Shown: in pieces, positions 53,869-63,449 of the stretch | How positions within the stretch are numbered: the stretch's first letter is position 1 | How the letters are laid out: the number at the start of each line of letters is the position of its first letter | Origin: a virus | Length of the DNA stretch: 64,000 nt | Strand: one strand, 5' to 3' | Virus record (IMG/VR): IMGVR_UViG_3300028608_000007 | Coordinates: 96,001 to 160,000 of that record | Notes under the pieces: model-generated | The model's database searches: none | The model's input: only the letters and a program-made list of their open reading frames with translations | Told to the model about the DNA's origin: nothing | Program-made: the position numbers and the translations under genes

Positions 53869-55419
53869 TTACAAGAGGGAGACTTTTGAAAGGACTTTGC
53901 TGATGCGTTGGGAGAGCAGGAAAAAAAACACTCGAGCCACGTCCAGAGGAATGACGTGCGGGTGCGCTTTGTGCTCAGCAGTCATCTGCGGGAAGTTACA
54001 GGCCGGGCAGTTGTGCCGTGGCAGACCAACCAGCGAGATGGTCGAGTCGTCGATGAACTTCCCGATTTCCTCGATGAACTTGTTGCGCAGTTCCTCGTTG
54101 GTCGAGAAGGTCGCCATCAGACCCTCAACGGTTTCACGGTCAGTGCCCAGTTGGACATCGCCGTTACCCATGTGCACTTCCTGCACCCAGTGGCCGTATT
54201 GACGCATGGTCGACAGGCGACCCTGGTTGCTGATGTAGCTGTCACGCTCGTCGCCTTTCAGAGGCACTTGGAAAGCGCTCTCCATCATGTCGACGATACC
54301 ACCGACCCAGGTGAAACCCGAGTCTTCGTACTGTTGCAGGTTCGGAACGCCGAGGGTGGCCGAAACCACTTCCGACAGTTCCACGCGGCGCTGACCACCA
54401 CGGACGTGTTCGGACTCGTAACGCTTGATGTCGTCGTCGGTCATGCGAGCTTTGCGCTGTTGCATGCGACGCTTCTGCCAAGCAGTCAGCGAGGACTTGT
54501 CGGTGTAGATCAGTTTGCCCAGGTCGAGCATTTCCTTGATCACGTGCTTGCACGACGCGTCGGTGTTCACGCACGCCTGAGCGTACGGGTAGCCGTTCGG
54601 GTACATTGCCAGCGCCAGACCCCACAGGATGGTCGGGATGTCGGTGACCTTGATGATCGACTTGAGGTAGTCGATGTTCAGCTCTTTGGCGTTGGTTTCG
54701 AACACGTAGGTGAACGCGAAGTTCAGCAGGTAGTTAACCTGATACACCGAGGTGTTCGAGAACAGCAGACCGTTGGTGAAACGACCGAGGGTGATCTTGT
54801 CGTTGGCGATGCGACGCTCGAGTTCGAGGATCGCAGCTTCTGGCGGGTTCTTGAAGCTCAGCCAGATGCCGGTGTGCCACAGGGGTACAGAAACGATCGA
54901 ACCCAAGCCGGTCATTGCAGCAGCGTAGATCTGCGCACGCTCACCAGTCAGTGCACCACCGCTGGTATCGAAGCGCGGACGAGCAGCGCCCAGCTTCTGA
55001 CCTTCGACTTCGATGAACTGAGCCCAGTCGGAGCCTTCACGGTTCATCGAAGCAGCCAGCGGGTTACCACGCATCAGGACGTTCTGACCCTTGCTCAGGG
55101 TTTGGGTCCACAGACGGGTAGTCGGGTCACCAGCAGCGTTGATGTTCGGATAGTTGTCGATCAGAGCACCCAGATCGAAAGCGTCACCACCGAGCAGTTG
55201 CAGAGTGGCGTTCTCTGCTTCGTAGTCGATGTACTGGAGTTCCTTTTCAGTCGGTGCACGGCTGTGAGGAATTTCCTGGGTGACGTTCAGGTTGTGGGTC
55301 TTGGCCTGGTAGTCATGGCTCTGCGAGGTTGGGTCCAGGGAAGGCTTAACAGTGGACTCTACTGCTTGACCTTCTTCGGCCGGTAGATCTTGACCTTGAC
55401 CGTCATCATTGATGGGCAT
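53869..55419 (-). CDS. Conserved phiKZ-like core protein
   Basis: 516 aa; CVNTDASC and a C-terminal CPAC. Confidence 0.75.
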   Translation of the reverse strand: MPINDDGQGQDLPAEEGQAVESTVKPSLDPTSQSHDYQAKTHNLNVTQEIPHSRAPTEKELQYIDYEAENATLQLLGGDAFDLGALIDNYPNINAAGDPTTRLWTQTLSKGQNVLMRGNPLAASMNREGSDWAQFIEVEGQKLGAARPRFDTSGGALTGERAQIYAAAMTGLGSIVSVPLWHTGIWLSFKNPPEAAILELERRIANDKITLGRFTNGLLFSNTSVYQVNYLLNFAFTYVFETNAKELNIDYLKSIIKVTDIPTILWGLALAMYPNGYPYAQACVNTDASCKHVIKEMLDLGKLIYTDKSSLTAWQKRRMQQRKARMTDDDIKRYESEHVRGGQRRVELSEVVSATLGVPNLQQYEDSGFTWVGGIVDMMESAFQVPLKGDERDSYISNQGRLSTMRQYGHWVQEVHMGNGDVQLGTDRETVEGLMATFSTNEELRNKFIEEIGKFIDDSTISLVGLPRHNCPACNFPQMTAEHKAHPHVIPLDVARVFFFLLSQRISKVLSKVSLL

Positions 55420-55430
55420 GTAACAACTCC

Positions 55431-55943
55431 TTACAGCGAGGACAGTTCAGGGGTTTGTACCGCAGCGGCCGGAGCAGCTTGGGCGGCGGCCACGACATCA
55501 GCAGGCTGGAAGAAGCCGGTGACGTTGAACGCAGCCGGGATCACAACCAATTGATATGACGTGATCCATTCGCTGTACTCTTCTGCGATAGACAACACCG
55601 CCGCCAGCAGGTCATCTTGACCCAGAGTCGGGTTACCTTGCTGCGAACGCGCCAGCTCGGTATGTTTAGCGTGGATGACTTCCAGCTTGTTTTTGTAGGT
55701 GTGCATGTCGCGGTTCAGAACTTCAACCGCAGCCATCAGACCCTTCGGATCTTGCACGGCACGTTTGACCAGTTCTTTGTCACGAATCAGAATCAGTGCG
55801 TTGGACGGGCTGGTGCGCAGTGCGTTGCACTCGGCGAGCAGTTCATCCAGACCCATCCAGACGGAGAGGCCATCATTGTGGGCTTTGAGTTGAGCCACAT
55901 TGTTCGGTCCGCGATAACGCGAACTCTGTTGGGGATTCGACAT
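55431..55943 (-). CDS. Conserved hypothetical protein
   Basis: Probable start MSNPQQ; helical. Confidence 0.7.
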   Translation of the reverse strand: MSNPQQSSRYRGPNNVAQLKAHNDGLSVWMGLDELLAECNALRTSPSNALILIRDKELVKRAVQDPKGLMAAVEVLNRDMHTYKNKLEVIHAKHTELARSQQGNPTLGQDDLLAAVLSIAEEYSEWITSYQLVVIPAAFNVTGFFQPADVVAAAQAAPAAAVQTPELSSL

Positions 55944-56055
55944 TGCTTTCGATTTCCTGTGGTAAAAAGTTACGTGCCAGTGGACTGAATAAAAGAAAAG
56001 AGGCACTTTTCCTATAATTGGAAGTTGGTGTATTATTTAACAGATAGGACAGTCT

Positions 56056-56910
56056 ATGACTATTGATGAACTAGAGGTCTACCTCGATCAGCACATCTCA
56101 CCCGAGGCGACCGAGTCACTGGTTGACTGTGCTCGAGTGATGTGTGAATCCGGTTTGGTCACTCACTTAGATGACATCGAAGACATCATCGCAGTAGAAG
56201 ATGGTGTAGGTCGTGATGCCACTGTGGCCAAGATCCGCAACTATCTGGAAGACGCACTCGAGGCTTGCGTTAACCAGTTCGGTGTGACCCTGCAACAAGG
56301 GATCGACATCAACCTGCGTCACTTGACTGCTATGCAGCGCGGCATCAACCAGATCACCAACTTCGAAGACATCGAGACCATCGAAGCTCACTGTCTGTCG
56401 GAAGAAGATCCTGAGCAGCGCTTGGCAGACATGTTGGAGTTGCTCACTGAATACACGTGGGCCGACTACTTGCTGTTTGTGAAAGAGGTGAGTCCAGCGC
56501 TGTTCAAACGTATCCTCGAGCAGATCACCAAACCTGACAGCCTGGAACAAATCGACAATTCGGACAACGCTATTCTGTTGCGCACCAAGTCGTTGTTGCT
56601 CAAGGTACAGAACCCATGGTTGATTGACGAGATCGAAGACGGGGCTACCTTAGGGTTACCGTTGGAGCCGTTGATCCTTCGCTTCCAAGCGCGTTACGAA
56701 GCGGCACTCGCTCAAACTATGGAGTGGAACCGTAAGCCTCAACTGTTGGCTGAACAGTACCTGCTTTACGTGCTGGCGTCTAACGTACCAGACGACAAGT
56801 TACTGGAAGCGGCTCAGACCCAAGCAGAGAACGTGATCCACCACATGCCTACCCTTACGGCTGTGTTGCGTCACTGTCAACAACTCTTAAGCCAGGTGCC
56901 CACTAAATGA
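56056..56910 (+). CDS. Conserved (probably virion) protein
   Basis: 284 aa, coupled to the vRNAP subunit gene. Confidence 0.7.
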   Translation: MTIDELEVYLDQHISPEATESLVDCARVMCESGLVTHLDDIEDIIAVEDGVGRDATVAKIRNYLEDALEACVNQFGVTLQQGIDINLRHLTAMQRGINQITNFEDIETIEAHCLSEEDPEQRLADMLELLTEYTWADYLLFVKEVSPALFKRILEQITKPDSLEQIDNSDNAILLRTKSLLLKVQNPWLIDEIEDGATLGLPLEPLILRFQARYEAALAQTMEWNRKPQLLAEQYLLYVLASNVPDDKLLEAAQTQAENVIHHMPTLTAVLRHCQQLLSQVPTK

Positions 56911-58220
56911 AAGTCGCCGATTACTACTTGGCCGCCTTGAATGCTGGCGCCTATAAAAAGAAGATCTGGGTGCTGAGTTTGTTCAGCCTGCTGATCGATC
57001 CGAAAGAGTACCGGTTTCCTTACGAGATCGTAAAGACTGACAAGAACGTGTTCTTCCGTAACCCAGAGAACTTAGATGATCTGGTGTTACTCGACGACGC
57101 ACCTATTGAACGTCCAGTACTCACGTTCAAGGACAAGATCCAGATCACCCCTGATCGTGTTCCGAACTTGGCTGCGCCGATCACTACCACAGCGGGCAAC
57201 CTGCTGTTTAACTTCTACGTGTTGATCTACTCGATGGGTAAGAAGATTCCTTACCTCGAGGGTCGATTGACGCCGAAGGGTGTGGAGTCGTTGATCCAGC
57301 CGCGTCTGACGTCGAACCCTGTGAACAACGGGGAGAACTACGACCCCAATGACCTGAACCCGATCTACGTTTCAGAGTACAAGAAGTTCAACCGTGCGAT
57401 GTTTGCACTGATGGGCTTCACACAGCTCTGTGTGCCCTCTGCTACGCCGCGGACGATGTCGACTGACCCTCGCATCCCTGAGATCCGAAACAAGCTGGTA
57501 GAGAAGTACAAGGACCGTCTGAACGATCCTGCTGTGATCTCGATGATCGATGCTGAGTTGATCAAGATCGACAAACAGTGGATGGCTGAGGACCCGGACG
57601 GCGGTGACGGTTTCTACGTCAACCCGAACAAGTCTTACGACGTTGTGCGTAAGAAGGTCTTCCTGATGCACGGTGCAGAAGCTGGGTTCCAGGAAGGCAC
57701 TGACGTTGACTTCATTAAGAACTCCCTGAACGAAGGCTGGGAGATCGAGAAGCTTCCATCAATGGTCAACTCCCTGCGTGAAGGTTCGTACAACCGTGGT
57801 CGAGACACGGCACTCGGTGGGGAGGCTGTAAAGTTCCTGGGTCGCGTATTCCAGAACACGGTTATCGCTGAGAAGGACTGTGGGTCTACTCTGGGCTGGG
57901 ACAAGGAAGTAACAGAAGACAACTACAAGGAGTTTGCTGGCTTCTACGAGAACACTCCACAAGGGGCGAAGCTCTTAGAAGAAGCTTACCTTAAAAGTAA
58001 GATCGGTAAAACTATCAACATGAGAACACCCATGTTGTGTAGGACTCCGAAAACCGGCTTCTGCGAATGCTGTATGGGCGCAAAGAACGCCCTCAACCCA
58101 ACCTCTCTCGGATTGTTGGCAGCAGACGTAGGTTCCCAGATGATGGGTATCTTCATGGGCGCGATGCACGGTAAGTCTTTGAAGACCGCTAAATACGACT
58201 TCAAGAAGTCTATCTTCTGA
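56907..58220 (+). CDS. Virion RNA polymerase beta' C-terminal fragment (phiKZ gp80-like)
   Basis: NSLNEGW, GSYNRGRDTALGG, EKDCGS and RTPMLC...CECCMG (beta' Zn site). Confidence 0.85.
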   Translation: MKVADYYLAALNAGAYKKKIWVLSLFSLLIDPKEYRFPYEIVKTDKNVFFRNPENLDDLVLLDDAPIERPVLTFKDKIQITPDRVPNLAAPITTTAGNLLFNFYVLIYSMGKKIPYLEGRLTPKGVESLIQPRLTSNPVNNGENYDPNDLNPIYVSEYKKFNRAMFALMGFTQLCVPSATPRTMSTDPRIPEIRNKLVEKYKDRLNDPAVISMIDAELIKIDKQWMAEDPDGGDGFYVNPNKSYDVVRKKVFLMHGAEAGFQEGTDVDFIKNSLNEGWEIEKLPSMVNSLREGSYNRGRDTALGGEAVKFLGRVFQNTVIAEKDCGSTLGWDKEVTEDNYKEFAGFYENTPQGAKLLEEAYLKSKIGKTINMRTPMLCRTPKTGFCECCMGAKNALNPTSLGLLAADVGSQMMGIFMGAMHGKSLKTAKYDFKKSIF

Positions 58221-58252
58221 AGCAGTTCATTCTCAATACGGAGACAGTCCCA

Positions 58253-59155
58253 ATGGGCAAGCAAAACAACACCACCCAACCACAAACTCAACAACAGGGT
58301 GAACAGGATGTTCAGGACCAGAACGAGCTGGATAGCACTGGCGCTGGCGACAACACTGATCAAGGCGACTCCACTGAGCCTGAGACCGGCGGCGAAGGCC
58401 AGGGCGAGAGCGGCACCGATTCCGAAGGCTCCGAGAGTGCTGGGAACTCCGATGAGGGCTCGGACACAGAAGCGCTGGCGGCCCTCGCGGCGCTGACCGC
58501 TGGTCAACAAGATCAGGGTGGTGACGAAGGTCAGGACGAAGGTGAAGGGGATGACGGCGACGGCACTCCGATCAACGATGTCCCAGCCGTTGCTGACGCA
58601 CCTGCACAAGGCGACCTGCCTGCTGTAGCCGATGCTCCGAACAACACCCCAGTAGTCACCCCACACGCTCGTATCCCGTCGGTGACCCTGGCTCCTGTCG
58701 CTGTTACCAAGGCTGAAATCAAAGTGCAACAGAACAACCTGACCCTGACCATTCTGGCCAACCAGCTCGCTGACTACGCCAAGGCGATGCACCCGTCGCA
58801 ACCGATGACTGCTATCGAGGGTAAAACCCAGCAGACCATCCTGTGGCGCACCATCGACGCGATCCTGAAACTGGAAGGCCCTGAGTTCATCAAGGGCTAC
58901 ACCATGTTGCTGGCCTTCGTCCACGAGAACCGCAGTGGTGCTCTGAACGATCGCTACATCTACCGTTACTTCGCGGATCTCACCATCCCGAACAACGATC
59001 GCAAGAACTTCAACCGCATGCTGAACCTGCTGTCGGCAACTGCTGATCCGGCCACCCGTCGTCTGGGCCTGGAGCAAGCTGACCTGACCGCTTCCCTGGC
59101 TGGCTTCCGTGACGGCGCCATCCAACAGCGCGTGACCGAGTTCTACTCGCTGTAA
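58253..59155 (+). CDS. Protein with an acidic low-complexity N-terminus
   Basis: About 130 aa rich in Q/D/E/G/S, followed by a folded domain. Confidence 0.75.
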   Translation: MGKQNNTTQPQTQQQGEQDVQDQNELDSTGAGDNTDQGDSTEPETGGEGQGESGTDSEGSESAGNSDEGSDTEALAALAALTAGQQDQGGDEGQDEGEGDDGDGTPINDVPAVADAPAQGDLPAVADAPNNTPVVTPHARIPSVTLAPVAVTKAEIKVQQNNLTLTILANQLADYAKAMHPSQPMTAIEGKTQQTILWRTIDAILKLEGPEFIKGYTMLLAFVHENRSGALNDRYIYRYFADLTIPNNDRKNFNRMLNLLSATADPATRRLGLEQADLTASLAGFRDGAIQQRVTEFYSL

Positions 59156-59179
59156 GGCGGCATAGTAGCAAAAAAAAAA

Positions 59180-59201
59180 GAGCCCTGGGAAACCGGGGCT
59201 C
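59180..59201. terminator. Bidirectional hairpin flanked by TATGCC on both strands
   Basis: GCGGCATAG..A-tract-GAGCCCTGG-GAAA-CCGGGGCTC-TTTATGCCG. Confidence 0.8.
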
Positions 59202-59213
59202 TTTATGCCGCAC

Positions 59214-59822
59214 TCAATGGAGAGTGTGGTTGTAGTTGATGTGCTGCGTCACCACATTGACCCGTTGGCAGAATGCTTGGGTCTGATCTACAGTCGCAGC
59301 CATGAATTGGAGCACCCGTCCGATCATGTGTATCGCCACCTCTTTACGGAAGTTGGCTTGCATGTTCGCAAGGATTACCACCAGATAGTCATCCACCACA
59401 GCGTACATTTTAGTGGGGTTGACTTCCTTCATGACGTAACGCTGATAGAAGGTAATGTAGAACTGTTCGTAGGCTTCTGCGATGAAGTACGTCGCGAAGA
59501 TCATCCCCAGGTTCTTCACCATCTCCATGACCCACGCACCGCCCATCAAGTGCCATGCAAAGTTGAAACCTTTGAGGACAGTGTGGCGCAGATTGTGGTC
59601 CGCGATTTCTTCACCACGGATAATGAAGCTGTAAGGGGTTCCATGGATTGCCCGGCGTTCGGACAACATGAAAGGCACGTAAGGCTGGTCGAGGACGTCA
59701 ATCATCAACTGGCGCAAGTGCGCTGGCATCCTCGGATCGCGGAAGAGTGCATCCGGGGGTAGCTTGAATAGGTATTCGGCGCGGTCTTTAGTCATCTCGC
59801 CGAACATAGCAACTTGTTCCAT
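59214..59822 (-). CDS. Conserved hypothetical protein
   Basis: Start MEQVAMF with a GAGGAG RBS. Confidence 0.7.
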   Translation of the reverse strand: MEQVAMFGEMTKDRAEYLFKLPPDALFRDPRMPAHLRQLMIDVLDQPYVPFMLSERRAIHGTPYSFIIRGEEIADHNLRHTVLKGFNFAWHLMGGAWVMEMVKNLGMIFATYFIAEAYEQFYITFYQRYVMKEVNPTKMYAVVDDYLVVILANMQANFRKEVAIHMIGRVLQFMAATVDQTQAFCQRVNVVTQHINYNHTLH

Positions 59823-59857
59823 ACTCCTCACCTTTCTAAAGGCTGGCATAAAACGTA

Positions 59858-59873
59858 GGGGTCCGTAGACCCC
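59858..59873 (-). terminator. Hairpin + TTTTATGCC on the minus strand
   Basis: GGCATAAAACGT-AGGGGTC-CGTA-GACCCC. Confidence 0.7.
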
Positions 59874-59878
59874 CACCA

Positions 59879-61456
59879 CTAGATCACGTAATCGGTTGTG
59901 TACAACTTGTGACTCAACACACGACCGCGGAATGTTTCCACTTTACGGTCATGATACTCGATGTGTTTTTCAATGTCACTACACACCAAGTAGAAGAAGG
60001 TCGGTATAGCATCAGGCCAGATCTTCAAGATCGTATCCCGTAGACGCCCCATCGCTTGTAGGTTTGCCTGACTGGAACCCAATCCATCCGTCATGTACAC
60101 ATGGAGCAGCTTTGGAATATCCTGGGCTGTACCAAGTGACTTCAGGGTGGAGACAATGATATCCGACTCAAGCATCTCATCGAAATCATCTTCTGCTGTA
60201 TACCGCATCACCTTCAAGTCGGCGTGACGTGGACGCAGGTAATCTGCCATCAACGTACACATCTCCACCGTGGCGAAGTACATGAGGCATTTCTGCCCTT
60301 CCTTCATTACCCGGCGGTAGTTCTGCTGGACGATGTCAGCGTTCATCTCCAGATACGCCCTTAACGACTCCTTGTTCTTCGGGTCCATGAGGGCCTGTTC
60401 GAACATGATGTGGGAATAGGACTTACGGGCCCTATTGATCCACTTGAGTCGCGTAGGCTGTTTCAACCGATACGCCAGCGCTTCCACTGTGGTGTAGATC
60501 ACCCGCTCGCCGTTGTCAATCCGCTCCCGTTTAGGGAACATGATCTCCTTACGACGGTTCAGGAAATCGTCATCACCTTCCAATGTACCGGAGAGTGAAA
60601 GCGCTTTCTGACAGTGCATGTACAGGTCTTGGCGATAGTTCAAATGGAAGTCCTGGTGGACCTCGTCAATCAACCGGAAGCCAAAACCCATGGTTTGGTA
60701 GAAGTTCGGGGGCGTGCACCCATACCCCAAGTCGAGCAAGCCGTCTTTGAACTTCTCATAGTCCTTCAGGTAATTGTAGAAGGTGGTGTTGGAGCAGATT
60801 ACAATCTTTGCATCCAACGCACCAGCCACAGCAAGGTTCGTCGCAAGCGCTAGCTGCTTGGAACCCTGTAACACCATCAGGTCGCCTTTCTTTAACTTGA
60901 ACGCAGCCTCGATGTCACCGATCCACTTCTTGATATACATGGCTTTGATGCAGAGAAATACCCGCTTGCCATAACTCGCGATAGCTGTCAGTGCCATAAA
61001 GGTTTTACCACGGCCTGGATCAACCGTGATGATTTTCGTGACCCCGTCTTGCCCGACGTACTCGATCTTGGGAATCTGGTCGTCTCGGGGAGTACGTTTG
61101 TCAATTACGTCGAACTCCGCAGGGAATCCGTAGTTCTCAACTAAGTACTCGTACTGGATGTTTTGCTCGTTAAAGCCATACAGTTTCAGGTGTCGCTTCA
61201 GGTCGTCTAACTCATTCCGATGGAAGTGAAAGAATGACCTGTCGTGTGCTACCCCTACAAAGACGCGCAGCATGGCACGTTTGAATTGCCCATTGGGCAT
61301 CCTCTCCATGCCGTACTGCGCTAAGCCCCTACAGAACTCCAGCAGGGCGAATTTCACCCGATGGTCAAAATCAACCACACGGACGTGATGACTTGCCACA
61401 ATGATGCGCAAGTCTGGCTTTGCAATGGTAGGTGGAATCGGGGTTAAACACGACAC
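59879..61456 (-). CDS. Superfamily 2 (UvsW/RAD25-like) helicase (phiKZ gp75-like)
   Basis: PGRGKT, DEVH, SGT and QAMGRLR motifs. Confidence 0.9.
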   Translation of the reverse strand: MSCLTPIPPTIAKPDLRIIVASHHVRVVDFDHRVKFALLEFCRGLAQYGMERMPNGQFKRAMLRVFVGVAHDRSFFHFHRNELDDLKRHLKLYGFNEQNIQYEYLVENYGFPAEFDVIDKRTPRDDQIPKIEYVGQDGVTKIITVDPGRGKTFMALTAIASYGKRVFLCIKAMYIKKWIGDIEAAFKLKKGDLMVLQGSKQLALATNLAVAGALDAKIVICSNTTFYNYLKDYEKFKDGLLDLGYGCTPPNFYQTMGFGFRLIDEVHQDFHLNYRQDLYMHCQKALSLSGTLEGDDDFLNRRKEIMFPKRERIDNGERVIYTTVEALAYRLKQPTRLKWINRARKSYSHIMFEQALMDPKNKESLRAYLEMNADIVQQNYRRVMKEGQKCLMYFATVEMCTLMADYLRPRHADLKVMRYTAEDDFDEMLESDIIVSTLKSLGTAQDIPKLLHVYMTDGLGSSQANLQAMGRLRDTILKIWPDAIPTFFYLVCSDIEKHIEYHDRKVETFRGRVLSHKLYTTDYVI

Positions 61457-61472
61457 TTCCTACCTCCAACAC

Positions 61473-63440
61473 TTACTGTCTAGTCAAGTCCCCCATCATC
61501 AAGGGGTCCAGTGGGTGGTCAGGACGGTTCTTCAGAATGAAGGTACGGATGTCTTGGAGCGTAGCCCCTTGACGTTCGTACGCCATGGACGCAGCCAAGC
61601 TACGGTTATCCATGTTGTCCTCGTAATAACCAATCTCACCGTTCTCACGGTCTAGCGGTAAGCGGTGGTCCCGTTTCTCCACGCTCTCCACCATAGTGGA
61701 CAGAATGATCACCTCAAGGTGCTGGATGTTTACGTTCAGCTTCGAACTGATCAGCCCGTAGAACGCAAACAATGCTTCCTCGGTGTTCGAGTAGGCATTC
61801 GAGGTCTGGTAACGCGAACGTTTGCCACGCGGTTTCCCTTTCCGGGTTGGGGCCGCTTTGATGAACTTCTCGATCTCGCCCATGTATTCCACCATGTTGG
61901 TGTGTTTCATGGGGAGCTTGAACATTACATCATTGTAGTCCCAGTTGGTCAGGTCAATCACGTAGTCGCCGCGTGTGGTCAGATCCCAACCATTACGCTT
62001 GATGTAGATCAACGCTTCTTCTGTCAGGTACGACAGTCGCGAACCCATCGAGACCGACAGGTTAACTTTGTCCGCCGTTTCCTCGGGCCCAGGGATTTCC
62101 AGGGTGATATCCACGATTTCCGACAGTCGTTCCAGCGGTAGCGCCCGTACCGTCCGCACCCTGTTCAGGTCAGGCAGTCGTGGTGCGTAATCCGCAGGGA
62201 TCACCATCTTGATCGGAAGACCAGCGAACTCAGCATTGAGCTTGACTTCGTTGCCCATTGTACCCAATCGCAAGTACGCCTGATCGTGTTCGTTGATATA
62301 GAAATCATCGACCACGGAACTACCATCCAAGTGTTTGGTAGACAGAACGCTTTGCGACACCAGCTCACATAAGGTTGTGGCAGAGACGTGACCCAATACA
62401 GTGCCAGGCGGAATCGAGAAAGCCAACTCGCCCATGCAGGTGGAACAGACACCATAACGATCGGGGTGGCGACACTTGAGGACCGTGCGGACCTCGATCT
62501 CCGTACCAATCAGGTTACGCTGGTGTTTCAGGATCGGGAACAGACCCTCAGGGGTTACCCGATACTTACCTTCCAACGCCTGGAAGTTCCCCGCAGTTAC
62601 CTTCCAACGCATGGTTCCAGTAGAACCACAGTCGCCGTAGTGCACCCGCTGTAGCGTACCACAACCCAACTGGAGCTGGCGGTTGAAGTACTCGGAGTCT
62701 GCCACTGGGTCTTTTGCAGCTTCCAACGCTTTGGATGCCGATCGAGATTCGATCAACGCGTCGTACAGGCTGATCAGACCCTGGGTGTAGTTCCGCATTA
62801 CCGGATCGTGGAAGATCCGAGAGTCTACGTCAGTCAGGAAGCCCCGCAGAGAAACCACCTGCAATGTCTGACCGATACTCACCAGCTTAGACTTCACAGC
62901 CTTAGCGATTGGGTTGTAGGCCAGTTCATTGGGATCTTTCAACACCGCCGTCACAGCACGATAAGTTTCATCGATGGATTGCTGAGTCGGTTTCGCATTG
63001 GCGTTAGCCGCTGCAATCTTCGGATGACGGATTACGTCGATGAAGTCAGTAATACAGATACTGGCCACATGGCGCTCTTGCATCGTCACGGTGTTGTTAT
63101 AGATCATCTGCTGCGTATCGTAGATTGCACGCGACCACTCTTCGTTGTCGTAGACAATCCCGTTAGCAGTACAGTGGTCCACCGCCAAGGAACGCCCAAC
63201 AGCCATCAGGTCGTTGAATGTATCCTTGGTCAGGCGGTCCCCACCCATGTGAGACTTCTTCAGGTGGGGGATTTGCGGGTAGCGCCGGTTGAACAAAGCG
63301 CAATACCACACGTAGATCGTGGCTTCACGCTCAACCAGCAGTTCACCATCATCGTACTCAATGATGAACTTGTCGTCCGGGAAGGTCCAGACATCTTCCT
63401 CACTCTGCTGGTAGATCTCGCGAGCAGAATAACGATTCAT
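61473..63440 (-). CDS. Non-virion RNA polymerase beta' C-terminal fragment (phiKZ gp74-like)
   Basis: SLRGFLTD, NYTQGL, ESRSASKAL, GDCGS, RTVLKC..GVCSTCMG and SQSVLSTKH. Confidence 0.88.
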   Translation of the reverse strand: MNRYSAREIYQQSEEDVWTFPDDKFIIEYDDGELLVEREATIYVWYCALFNRRYPQIPHLKKSHMGGDRLTKDTFNDLMAVGRSLAVDHCTANGIVYDNEEWSRAIYDTQQMIYNNTVTMQERHVASICITDFIDVIRHPKIAAANANAKPTQQSIDETYRAVTAVLKDPNELAYNPIAKAVKSKLVSIGQTLQVVSLRGFLTDVDSRIFHDPVMRNYTQGLISLYDALIESRSASKALEAAKDPVADSEYFNRQLQLGCGTLQRVHYGDCGSTGTMRWKVTAGNFQALEGKYRVTPEGLFPILKHQRNLIGTEIEVRTVLKCRHPDRYGVCSTCMGELAFSIPPGTVLGHVSATTLCELVSQSVLSTKHLDGSSVVDDFYINEHDQAYLRLGTMGNEVKLNAEFAGLPIKMVIPADYAPRLPDLNRVRTVRALPLERLSEIVDITLEIPGPEETADKVNLSVSMGSRLSYLTEEALIYIKRNGWDLTTRGDYVIDLTNWDYNDVMFKLPMKHTNMVEYMGEIEKFIKAAPTRKGKPRGKRSRYQTSNAYSNTEEALFAFYGLISSKLNVNIQHLEVIILSTMVESVEKRDHRLPLDRENGEIGYYEDNMDNRSLAASMAYERQGATLQDIRTFILKNRPDHPLDPLMMGDLTRQ

Positions 63441-63449
63441 ACGACCTCC

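Noticed and set aside
53908-55386. 492-aa plus-strand ORF
   Set aside because: Mirror of the 516-aa core gene.
57986-59125. 379-aa minus-strand ORF
   Set aside because: Antisense shadow of the 58253 gene and the end of the vRNAP subunit gene.
47456-59873. Identical 16-bp hairpin GGGGTCCGTAGACCCC at 47456 and 59858 as a mobile-element end
   Set aside because: Both copies sit in terminator positions, and the intervening DNA includes core genes.
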